A stretch of DNA of 64,000 bases. Origin: Camelus ferus (taxonomy: Eukaryota). Below, piece by piece: positions 26,291 to 37,585 of this stretch (the stretch's first letter is position 1; every line of letters begins with the position of its first letter). Made by a program: the position numbers and the translations under genes. The notes under the pieces were generated by a model. It made no database searches and had not been told where the DNA came from. It saw nothing but the letters and a program-made list of their open reading frames with translations. The stretch spans positions 53,136,001 through 53,200,000 of the forward strand of contig NC_045707.1 in assembly GCF_009834535.1 (NCBI RefSeq), written 5' to 3'.

Positions 26291-27639
26291 CCCCTCACCA
26301 GACGCGTGTGTGGACGCTGTGTTGGTTACTCTTGGGGGCAGTGGTGTGTCTTCTTCCCCAGGTGGCCACGTGTGAAGGGCACAGCCCACGTCTTGCACAC
26401 AGGTCTCACTGTTCTGCAACAGTGTTCCTCTGACTTGATGGTTTGGGGTTTGGGCTTGCAGGTTTCATTACTGGATAGTCCGCTTCACTCAGCGGCTGTG
26501 GCCTCGCAGAGAACGGTGAGCGCAGGGCTCTCATTTTACGTCCTTTGTTCACTTACTTGTGTTTGCAATAAATTCTGTACTCACTGTGGGAGCCTCTGAG
26601 TGTACAGGGGACTCTGTTTTAAAGGCCACGATTAAATGTTCTGCTCGAGCTTCCCTGGTTACCGACCAGTGCTGCACCGTGGCAGCCGGCGTGCGCCTTC
26701 TGTTCCCCAGAGCGCGCGCCTCTCCCTGTTAGGGCTGCGTCTCCTGCTCGTGCAGGTGCACGTTCGTGCCCCTCAGTCTGCAGGCGGGGTGCTGAGTCAG
26801 GGGACACACCCAAGGCCTCTCATACATATCTGCCAAATTCCACTTGTTCCACCCCTCCCCAGGGCGGGTGTTTGTCCTGTGTCTATTCTGTGAGTCGCTG
26901 CCGTGTGCGCCGTGCTCATTGCTAAACGTGTTGGGGCCACGTCTTTTTCTTAGTGATTTGTAAGAGCTCTTTTTTCTAGTAAAATATTCATCTTTTGGCA
27001 AATACATTACAAGATTTCTGCTCCCCATACCACAAGTTTGGGATTTCCCCTTTTTTTGTTGTTGTTTTTTAGAAAAAAATAAAAGACAAAAGCTCTATTT
27101 CTTTTTTACATTTTAACAATCTCATTTTGTAAAATTTTTCAATCTTTTATGAATCTTTCCCCCTTTTCCTTTTATGCTTAAAAAGTTCTTCCCTTTTCAG
27201 GGATTATATGACCTGTCATTAACACTTAAAAACCATAAATTTAAGAATTTCATTTTTCAAAAAATTACTACCCCATTTTTTCCAATAAAGACCAGCCATT
27301 ACATTGGCTCCTCCTTCCATTAAAAAACAATTACTACCCCAACAAAGTGTCCTGTTGCTAAGTATTTAAACAGGCCACTGTTACTGGCATCTCTCACATA
27401 TGGATTTTCTTCTGAGTTCTGCTCGGTGGAAGTTTGATGTCAGGAAAATGGCCCTCCCTTTGGTTAGCGTGTTCAACCAGAGCCAGTAGACACTTTAATT
27501 TTACATGTGATGGTGTTTTTGCCCCGAGTTTCAGTGTGGAAAGGGTGAAAACGCCAGTGAGTATTCGTGAGCGCCCCCGGTCCTGGCCCCCGGCCGGCCG
27601 GCTCCCCGCAGCCCCTCACCTGGCCCGTCCTGTCGGCAG

Positions 27640-27778
27640 GGTCCCTGCGGCCCTTCCTGGCGGCCTGCAGCACCTCGCTCTTCTTCCGCACCTGCTCCGT
27701 GCTGCTCCGGGCCCCGAAGCTCGACCTCCACATCCTGGAAAAGCTCAGCATTATTCTACAGAAGCTCTCCAAGATCAA
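27640..27778 (+). CDS. CCDC138: CCDC138 penultimate coding exon
   Basis: ctgtcggcAG|GG...ATCAA|GTaaga; 139 nt, phase 1-2; (R)SLRPFLAACSTSLFFRTCSVLLRAPKLDLHILEKLSIILQKLSKI(K). Confidence 0.94.
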
Positions 27779-28061
27779 GTAAGAACCCCTCATTTCTGAC
27801 CTTCTGTGCGGGAGGCGTCTTGCTGTGGTCATTCGGGCGTCTCTGATTCCTGGGGTAACCCTCCATGCTCGGGTAGCGGACACAGTGCAGTTTTCAGGGT
27901 TACAAAAAATTGTTTTCTCCTTAGTCCTTTTCCACATTAAGGCCTGTTTCATGGAACCTGCTTGGCTGTCTTGGCACCTTTGTCCCTGTGTTGCCCCCCT
28001 TCTCCACCCGTGTCCCCGCATTTACACCAAGTGTGTGATTCCTGTGCCCGTTCTCTTACAG

Positions 28062-28227
28062 GAGTAACAAGAAGCTCTTTGAACTGTTTACAATTCACCT
28101 GATGCTTCAGGAAATACAAAGGACAACGCACCCAGAGCACGCCTTCCTCTGTATTAACCTAAATTCAACTCTGTTCAATTTGGGTTTGACAAAATCCAAC
28201 TCCCTGGCCTCCGGTGCAAACCATTAG
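28062..28227 (+). CDS. CCDC138: CCDC138 last coding exon (stop TAG 28225-28227)
   Basis: ttctcttacAG|G AGT...; SNKKLFELFTIHLMLQEIQRTTHPEHAFLCINLNSTLFNLGLTKSNSLASGANH*, matches recalled human C-terminus. Confidence 0.95.
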
Positions 28228-28493
28228 ATTGGATTATTCCTTAGAGATATTATAGACATGTTGCTATTTGTCCGACTGTAAAAATCACCAAACTAACTAA
28301 AAGTCTACCAAGTGAAGTTATGAGTAGCACCATTTATCATGAAAAATAGAACATTTTTTTAACTTATGAAATGCAACCTGTACAAGCTGTGTAAGGTTTA
28401 GAATGTTTCAGCTCAGCTGAGGCAGTGGAGACGCACAAGGTGGGGTTTCCAGAACTAAAGGCATGGGTTGACTGTAAAAATTATGTGATTTGT

Positions 28494-28499
28494 AATAAA
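28494..28499 (+). terminator. Likely CCDC138 polyadenylation signal AATAAA
   Basis: AATAAA ~270 nt after the stop, preceded by TGTA motifs and followed by GT-rich ttggtgtttggg. Confidence 0.7.
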
Positions 28500-29639
28500 A
28501 TTGGTGTTTGGGAGCGAAGCTGGATGTCAGCGTCCTTCTCTCACTGTATTAAAGATCTCCCTTTCTGCAGCAGGAGTACGTAATTTTAACTGCATGGTCC
28601 CAACACCCAGGGTGTCTGTCACCGAAGCCAAAGATGAGTGAAGGAACTGGGGGGCGGGGGGTACTCGGGTCTTGGGTTGGATACTGAGAAACAAAACAAA
28701 TTATCCTCAAGTCTCATAAAAATTATACTCTATCAGTATATAATCTCATTTCAGAATCAAGAAAAGTTTTCAGGAAAGTGTGTGTCTCTTCAGAAGCGTA
28801 AGAACCCATGCAGATGTGAAGCAGCAGAAATAGTAGGAATAGGCTCGGGTGGACACAGTGACACTTGTAGGGACTGAAGTGAGCATCAGAGACAAGAACC
28901 GTCGTCCGTGCTTCAGGGGACGAGTTGGTGTTGGCAGCGGGGTCCTGGAGGGCCCGACGCTTATGCTGAGAGGCAGGCAGGGCCAGCGGGGTGGAGGCCT
29001 TGTTCAGAGGCAGATCTGAGGGGGGACAAGGGCTCATCGCTCTGGGACCCATGAGAAGAGGTCCTGTATTAGACACAAGTGCTCATGTGACCGGGGCAGA
29101 GACAAAGCAGACCAGAGCCAGTTTCCTGCAAGAGGGGAGAAACCACGCTGGCCTCACACGATGGCAGAGGTCAGTGGGACCCACCTTCCAGGTCTAGGGA
29201 GGGCGCTTGTGGTCCGAGAATTCATGCCTGTGAACATTCCTGTCACGGTGCAGACAGCGGGATGGACACTCTCAGGTTGGCAGGTGTTGAAGTTACACCA
29301 CTCACGTCCTAGTCCTGAGAACTTGGGTCATTCTGTTCAGCTTAAAGGCGAAGAAAATTGAGTTTATTAAACCAGCCTCGTACCAGAGACTGCAGTGAAC
29401 CCACACGGAGGCTTAAATCACTGTGACTCTGCTTATGAAATGGGGTGAAATGCTGAGCTCAGCAGGACGAGTAACAGGGAAAGCAGGAACCTGGTTGCAT
29501 TTGGATGAAACTGTGTTAACTGACGTCAAAACAGAACTAAGGGGACTCTGAGGTCGAGGTAGGACGGAGGACCTAGTGAATAAACATTTCCTACCTTTTC
29601 ACCAGAAGTGGAGTCGAATCTTCCATTTCAGTGTCCACA

Positions 29640-31110
29640 GTTAGAAAAATGAAAGCTCTGAAAACACGATACCAAGGCTCTGAGACGCAGCAGGCGCAGC
29701 TCTGAGAGGGGCATTCACAGTGACACAGGCCTTCCCATAAACAGCCTGACCTGCGCCGGGAAGAGTCAGAAACAGAGGAGCAAAACCAAAAGTCAGCAGA
29801 AGGGAGGAAATAAAGACCAGACAGGAACTAAGTAAAATGGAGACAAAAATGAAGGATAAAAGAATGTTTGGGGAACTGTCGAGATAACGACTATTAAAAG
29901 CAGAAGAAAATGCTTTGAACGGAACTGAAGAAACTGCTGTGTGTACAGACAGCAAAAGACAGAGCCAGGAGCACACAGAGCAAGGTACTTATTCAGGATA
30001 AATGAAAGTTTTTAAAAATCCTAGGTTCCCTGTTGCTCTATGCTGGTAAATTTGATAAGACGGATTATAAATTAGACAAATGATCAGAATCGTCTCAAGG
30101 AGTCTGTGATAGAAAACCATTGACATCTTTATAAAAGCATGAAAATTTTTAAAGTGACTTTAATTCCAGGTGTTTTCCAGGTGAATTGTTTAAACATTTC
30201 AAAGAGAAAATATTTAAAGCTATTTAAATTGTCCCAGAATGTAGAAAAACATTCTAATTCATTTTATACGGGTAGCATGAACCCCGTACCAAAAATTGTC
30301 AGAGAAAGTAAGAAATAATTAAAGGTTCAAAAGTCTTAAAGCGTTATGAACAAATCAGCACCAGCTGTATTACTGGAACTTCGGTCCACGACCAAGTAGG
30401 CTAGCACGCATCCTAGAAATACACAGTTGGCTTTGTGGCAAAAATACACGTTTTACTGTATTTGTAGAACAAAGGTGGAAAGGCATACACTCGGTAAATG
30501 CCTCAAAATATAATTCAGCTTCCATTCCTGATAAAACTCGTTACCCAGTATGTTTAAAGGAAGGTGAAATTAGCAAAGTTACTATGAAACATGAGACGTG
30601 TGCCTGTTAAAGTTGGGAACAAAACTGGAGCGCCCACTCACCACTCTCCTGTGACGCACTCGGGTATTTCAGGAGCCGTAACTTGGGTTATTGTAGATGT
30701 AGTGACCGCCAGGAAAGCTGTGGGTTATTCCAGAACTTCAGCAAGATGCCCGCTTATAAAGTGAACACAGAAGCAAAGCACTTAAATACTCCAGCGATAT
30801 CTAATTAGAAATTAGTATTTCACTGACAGTGTTGGTAATAAGCCTAACAGTGTACGTTGTAACCCCGTCCAGACCAGGGGTCAAACATGACGGTCTCAGA
30901 GCCTGGACAAGCGACCGTCCACTCTCGGCTGAGGGACGTCAAGGGAGGTTTGATGAGGCCGGGGCTGCGTTCCGGGATGAGAGCCCTAGTTTTGTCCGGA
31001 CGCCTCAGCTCCCCAAGCACTTCACACACCTGAGCCAAAACTGATTTCCATCAGAATTCTGAAGAGCTCTTTTCACAACTCGGGGAAATCGTCCTACAGC
31101 TCATCTGGAA
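29640..31110 (+). mobile_element. Highly decayed old L1 ORF2 fragments
   Basis: aagagtcagaaacagaggagcaaaaccaaaagtcagcagaagggaggaaataaagaccagacaggaactaagtaaaatggagac and later ORF2-like blocks; no open frame. Confidence 0.55.
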
Positions 31111-32429
31111 AAGGCAGCAGGTCAGAGAAGGCAGGCTGTGGAGACAGGCACAGCTGCTCTGTGACTGACGCTCTGGACACGAGCCACGTCTTCACGTTTT
31201 TATTTGACCTTCCTGGGGGCGGGAAATGGCCTCCGCCATAATCGTCGCCCTCGCACAGCCTTTCTAGGAAGGAGCAGCCGCTGAGGGGACTTGCCGAGGG
31301 GCGCCCGGTGCTTGCGGGCTTGGGGTCACCTGGTCCCTGCTGACTCAGGTCCACGCCGCCAGACCTGCTGGGATGAGAGGAGGCGTCTTTCTGAATGAAA
31401 GCTTGATTCCAGCGCTGTGGTGTCGTGTACTCGTCCCCCCGGTTGTGGTGCATAAGGACGTCAGGGACACACACACACGCCCCCAAGCTGGTGGCGAAGT
31501 AGAAGGGTCCTTGCTGCCAGAACTGACGATGGAACGTAGAAGTCGGGTGGGACCCTGGGGCCTGGGGCCCAGCTCCCCTCAGCCGCCTTCCAGTCGCCAG
31601 GGGCCCGGAGCCAGGTCGGCAAACCGGTCAGAAAGTAAAGGCTGTTGGGGAGGGTGGGCCTGGACCACGACCCCTGCAGAGAGCTAGGACCCCTGAGGGG
31701 CAACACTGATTAAACGAGGGAAACCCTGCACAGGACGGTGGACACAGCATGATGTAAGGTGTGCTGAGCAGGTTTAGAGAAACAAAGTTATTAGAATATG
31801 GAGAAATGAAACCAACAACATTGACCAGAAAGTTTTGAAAAATAATTTCTAGAAGTAAAAATACAGTCACTGAAATTAGAAAGTCAGGGATACATTTAAA
31901 AAGAAACCTGGTCCCAGCAATCACGGGAGCCCCAGAGAAGCAAGAAGAACCTACGAGATTGTGTTACACAAAGGACAAGGCAGAGGTGGGTCCGACACAT
32001 GTGGGACGAGCCCGGGAGGAGGGAGGGGCTGAGGGTAAAGCACCGAGAAAGACGAGAAGGGAGGCTCCAGCTCAAGAAGCCAGGCGAGTCAGAAGTAGAG
32101 TGGGAAGAAGACGATATCGCCGTAGGGAAATTCACCTCTGAGGGAACTTGGACCTGAAGCGGAGATAAAATGGGCCGCTTCAGGGGCCTCCTCGCCCTCG
32201 GGTCCCGTCCCCGCCGCACACGCCCTCCAAGCCCCCAGACTGACTGCCACCACCAGTCAACTCCACGTCCGCCTCCAAAGGGCGCACGTTAGGAAGAAGC
32301 AAAATGGTTTCAGAAAGTTGAAGGGATGAGGTGAAATAGCAAAGAAACAGTAAATACGTGAGTGAAGGTGAGCTTGGTGAAGCACCCAGATTAACATGGT
32401 TCCAAAGAACTGCAGCCCGGGAGGGAGCA

Positions 32430-32510
32430 GCTCTGAGTCGGGTCCCTGGACGCGGGCGCTGTGCTCTGACCTGGGGCCCCCGACGCGGGCGCTGTGCTCT
32501 GACCTGGGGC
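32430..32510 (+). repeat. 33-bp tandem repeat, ~2.4 copies
   Basis: GACGCGGGCGCTGTGCTCTGACCTGGGGC at 32449 and 32482. Confidence 0.85.
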
Positions 32511-33744
32511 GCAGGGGACGGTGGCACTTGCTTCCACGCTTGCCTGGTGTTGTCTGAAGATGTCTGCTCACGTGTGCAGCTGGCACATGCACACACGTGG
32601 ATGTACGTGCACATACTTGCTGGTCTCGTGCCCGTGAGCCCACAGCTGAGGGGCTGGCGCTTTTCACCCCATTTCCATCCACAAGCCGTAGTTCCCCGAT
32701 CACAGTGATTTTACAGTCAGACTGGGGGGTGCCCACCCAGATGGCCAAGTTAACCATCTGGGGGCTGTTCTGGAGGCTGTCGAAGCCCTCAGGTCCTCAG
32801 CATGAACTGGCCTGGGCCCCGGCACGGCCAAGGCTGGGCTGCGGGCAGGCGCACGCCGTGACCTGGGCCCTCTGCTCGTTCCCTCTGGAAGATGCTTTGC
32901 GGGCAGCTCGCCCACTTCCTAGCCTTTCCAGTCAGTTGACATAATGTAACGATGGTGCTTACTCACTGGACCTCACTCCGTGCCAGATGGAGTGCTTTTC
33001 CACTTAATTCTCACAGCAGCACGACGCCCCCGTCCCCGTGAGCTCTGGGCAGGCACGCGGGCGTCACTGCCGGGGCTGCTGAGCCCCGAGGGAGACAGGA
33101 CCAGGCACAGGCGTGATAAGCTGGGTGACGGGGTCACTGGTGCCTGTACCGAGTGACAAGGCAGGCACGGGAGGCTCAGGACAACGGTTTTCAGTCTTCT
33201 CTTTCTGGTTCCGTCTGCAGGGTTTTCTAAACCAAATACCTACCAGCTTCTCCTTGAACGTACAGCTGAGGAGGACTCCCTGGCCCTCCAGAGTGGCTTT
33301 TCCCGACCCTTTGCATCTCCTGACCTTTCCTGGTTCACAAACTCTCCAGCGACACGGGGTGGGCAGCCAGTGAAGCCTCAGATCACAGCCCGGGTGTCAG
33401 GGCCACACAGGACAGCAACCTCTTGGGGCTTCTAAAGTCATCGCTGTGGCCAAAGTGAGTGATTTGCCAGAAATGACTAGAGTGAGCAAAGGCCCGATTA
33501 GATGTCCTCCGACTCCGGGTGGGGCTCAGGGACCCTGCCTCCTCCCGGCGAGGGCCGTGTGTCCAGCGGGGAGCGGCGCCCGGAGCCCAGACTGACCCAT
33601 CCACCCCTTGGTCCCCGGCAGGAAGGGAGCGCCCGCACTTCACGCTTTATCCACGCGGTTGGGTGGGCCCGGTGGAAAGCATCTGACAGAGCACTTCCTC
33701 TAACGGGGCCACGTGGTCGTTTCCACCCCTCGCGCGTACTTAAC

Positions 33745-34145
33745 CGTGGGCAGCAGGACCTCCTGCCTCGTCCACGAGCCTGTGACTGCGACCTCACCTG
33801 GCAAAGGGACTGAGCAGAGGTGGCTACGGTCAGGGTCTTGAGAGGGAGAGGTGGCTGGATTGCCTGGGTGGGCTGTGTCATCGTAAGGGGCCTTCCGAGG
33901 ACGGAGCAGCAGGAGGGTGAGAGCCAGGAGACACGGTGACGGAGGCAGTGGGCGGGCCGCCTGAGCGCTGGCTCGGAGGACGGGGGCCAGGAGCCCTGGA
34001 GTGTGGACGAACGAGCAGTCAGACGAGGCAGGAAAGGGTCCCTCTCAAGTCTCCCCGAGACACTCCCTACTGAAACCTTGGTTTTAGGACCTCTGACCTA
34101 AGGGCAGAAGTTTGTGTTGCTTTAAACCAATAGGTTTGTGGTACG
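33745..34145. mobile_element. MLT1-like MaLR solo LTR
   Basis: gcctgtgactgcgacctcacctggcaaagggactgagcagaggtggctacggtcagggtcttgagagggagagg...ggacctctgaccta...tttgtgttgctttaaaccaataggtttgtggta. Confidence 0.65.
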
Positions 34146-34412
34146 GTCAGCCCTTTAAACCAGCGGGGTCAACCAACCACAGATGGAAAATCCTCGGGGG
34201 AAAAATTCCAGAGGTTCCAAAGAGCAAAACTTGAATTTGCTGCTCGCTGGCAACTGTTTCCTCGGCATTTGCACTGTATTGTCAGTCACGTAGGGTGCAC
34301 TTGTGTAAAAATCTGCAAATATCAGGCCATTCCACAAGAGGACCAGAGCGTCTGTGGGTCTGGTGCCTGGGGTGGTCCTGGAACCAGCCCCCGCGGACGC
34401 CGAGAACAGCCA
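34143..34412. mobile_element. Tigger3/MER2-like DNA transposon remnant
   Basis: caaccaaccacagatggaaaat...gaaaaattccagaggttccaaagagcaaaacttgaatttgc...gtcctggaaccagcccccgcggacgccgag. Confidence 0.65.
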
Positions 34413-34695
34413 GTCAGCTAGACCAGCTGCAGGAAACTCGTGCACCTGGGACGTCTGTGAGGCCCACCCCAGCTGCTCGCCTTTCTCTCTTTGATGCCGA
34501 AGTTCCTCATGCCGACAGGGTGGGGCATATTTCTGCTTGACTCGGGGCTGGCCGTGCTTTGGCTGATAGAAGGATCTAGAAGAAACTGTCCCTGTCTGTG
34601 CTCATGTCTGTCGGTGCCATGATGAGTGCGGGAGGAGGAGCCTTCACCAGGACACTTGGCCCCAGGGGCCCAGCCGAGCCACATCCAGCTGAGCC

Positions 34696-35148
34696 TGTTC
34701 CCGAAGGCAAGTCCACGTGCGTGACACAAACTGAAGCCAAACAAACTGACATCTCCAGGTCTGGAGCAGAGGAAGGTTTACCACATGGCTGAGCAAGGAG
34801 GACAGGGTGGTTCACACCCCAGAACCTCCCCGAGGGTTTCAGCTGAGCATTTTTAAAGGGCAGCTGAGGGAGAGGGTCTCAGGGTCCGTGATCAGCTGTG
34901 CACAATCTTCTGGCTGGTTGATGTGTATGGAACAGGGTGGTTGATGCTCAACCCCAAGCTGAGAAGGGCTGAGGCCATGTGCTCTGTGTCAATAGTTCAT
35001 TTCTTCCTGTTGGTGGTGGTTTTGAGCATCTGAAAACCTCAGGAAGTAAGCATGAGATACTGGTATCTGGTCCTTCAGAGGGGAGCTGCAGCAGAGGATG
35101 CGGGAGGGTCTGACCTGGGAGGATCCCACAGGGTCCCCCTCAGTTATA
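34696..35148 (-). mobile_element. ERV 3' LTR
   Basis: TGTT...CAGTTATA on + strand; shares long blocks (gagcatctgaaaacctcaggaag, atctggtccttcagag..gagctgcagcagagga, gagcaaggaggacagg) with 44521-44994 and 45435-45891; adjacent to purine-rich PPT. Confidence 0.85.
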
Positions 35149-35536
35149 ACCCCCTAGTTTTGAGATGCTGCTCAGTCCTGAGGAGAACAGGTGCTGGACA
35201 AGGAGGGGAATGACGCTGTGGACAGTCCTGTGTCATCTCTCCCCACATCTTTCAGGGGTGACAACCACTTGGCTACTTCCTGCTGAAATGGGGTAGAGCC
35301 CAACTTCAGTTTGGGGAACGGTTGTGGAGTTGGAAATATTCTGGAGTTCCAAGTCCTGGATCTGAGTCCTGTATGATTAAGATCTCATTCCCTGAGGAAT
35401 TCAGGAGAGGAAGCCTGAAAACCAGTCTGGACCTAGCACTTTGGGGGAGACTTGGAGCCAGTTGTCCACTTACTTATCTCAGGGTTTAACTTTTAACGTG
35501 GTGTCAACATATACGTAACAAGAGCTACTGGCCACT

Positions 35537-35976
35537 TGCAGCAACATGGATGGACCTGGAGATGGTCATTCTAAGAGCAGTTAGCCAGAGAGAGAAGGAA
35601 AAATACCATGTTATCACTTATATGTGGAATCTAAAATAAAAAAAGAAAAAAGACAAATGAACTTATTTACTAAACAGAAACAGACTCACAGACATACAGA
35701 ACAAACGTATGCTCGCAAGGAGGGGAAGGGGGTGGGAAGGGACAAATTGGGAGTTCGAGATTTGCAAATACTAATTATTGTATATAAAATAGATAAACAA
35801 CAAGTTTATACTGTACAGCACAGGGAACTATATTTAATATCCTGTAGTAACTTGTGGAAAAAATATGAAAATGGATATATGTGTGTTCATGTATGACTGA
35901 AACATGATGCTGTGCACCAGACATTGATACAACATTGTAAACTGACTGTACTTCAATAAAAATAAAAATTTTAAAA
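35537..35976 (+). mobile_element. 5'-truncated L1 3' end with 14-bp TSD
   Basis: AGCTACTGGCCACT at 35523-35536 and 35977-35990; gcagcaacatggatggacctggag...cttcaataaaaataaaaa. Confidence 0.92.
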
Positions 35977-37585
35977 AGCTACTGGCCACTACACATGTCT
36001 CCTCTTCTCTGCTAACATCTGATCTAAAGCAATTTTATTGTCTAAAGATTTAATTTTACAAGAGGAGGCCTTTGAGGTCATAAGGCTGCAGCTGCCTCCT
36101 GCCAGCAGATGCTGCTTTGAGAATGGCTGGTGGTGCCTTAGTCCGACACAGCTCAAAAAAAGTGGAGTTCTCAGCAACAGAGGAACGTGTCTGAAATCAC
36201 ACCCACGGTGGCCGCCCAGTTTACCCGGGCCATCTGAACCACAGTTACTTCGCTCTGACTTTCAGATGCATTCCCCTCCTCAAGGCCAGAGCAGGTGTAC
36301 AGCGCGTGTCCAAAATGTCGCAAAACACGCCACTCTGGCCAGTAAATTGTAAGTTAAACCGTACCTGAGCCAGAATGGCCTCCCCGTATGTATGTGCAGA
36401 TTTTTCCATCATTTCTCCTTTTGACTGAAAGCCTTTCAGCAGAAAGCACTGATGATCACAACGTCTGCCCCTCGATGCTGGGGGTGGGGGTGGCTCTGTC
36501 CCGGTTCAGGCCGAGTCCCTCGGTGTGAGGCCTCCTTTGTATTTGCCCCGTTATCCACGTTGGGGGAAACTAACCGGACGCCTGTGAGCGGGCTCAGAGG
36601 TGTGTCAGTGGGAGGCGCTTCACAGGCCCTACATTTTATCACTTGTGTTTCACGAGCCTCGTGCACGTGCTGTTAGCAGCGGACTCAGCAAGCCTTGCTC
36701 CACCTCATGCGTAGCTGCACCCTGACGACTCCGTTAGAGAATTCTCTTTCTGCCCTGACACTGGGGGCAGTACTGATGGGGAGGGAAACATCTGGTAAAC
36801 AATCCAGTGAGAAAACAGTAGATTAAAAGCCAGTAATACTTCGAACCACCAAAAAAATTATAACCACATTCATCAGTTCACTCAGTCCTATGCAGTCGAT
36901 CCCTGTTACCAATAGTTTTATGAAATCAGTTTTCATCAGATGTCTTAAATATCTTGCCCAGCTCGGCAGTACAATTTAAGAGAAGCCTGTACCTGTCAAA
37001 GTCTTCTCTATGGATCCTCTTGAAGGTGAAGCAGTTCTGCAAAGCATCAGCCTGACTGCCTGTGGATGATGAAGACCTGAAAAGGACATGATCGGATCAC
37101 AGTGTTTCTGACAACGGTGCTTTATCAAGCTGCTGTGACACAGGACATTCTAACTAGAGTCATGACTGATCATGTTATACCAGGACAGAAACTTCCCATA
37201 ATTCCTAGGACGGCCACACCAATGACCTTAATCCGTATAACCCGAGGCAGAGGTGTGGGACAACGAAGGAGGCTTACCCCTCATCACTCGCTTGACCGCT
37301 TCCCCGCTGTTCTGCACAGCAACCAGGCCTAGTTAGCTTCATGTCCTTCTCTAAGACATCTCGGGGGCCCTCTGAAGCGTCCCAAAGTCAGCTGAAGTCA
37401 GAAGAACTTTAATTAGAATTTGATAGAAAGTTTGTCAAAAATATCAGTAAGTTTCACACAGTCTGTTACCAGAAGCATTCTAAGTAAACTTGTTCTCTTA
37501 ATGGAGGCAACCAAATCTAGTCCTGCACCTGCCTATGTTTAATAACAAAGTACACTTTCCTAATGACGTTTAATTAATTGTTTTC

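Noticed and set aside
25051..26433. Pro/Ser/His-rich ORFs (up to 225 aa) and antisense Gly/Trp-rich ORFs
   Set aside because: They are translations of the CCATCC low-complexity tract, which is poor in stop codons; no splice or homology support.
35470..36177. Captured functional env (syncytin-like) gene
   Set aside because: Only a short TM remnant, with a frameshift, stops and an L1 inserted into the cysteine motif.
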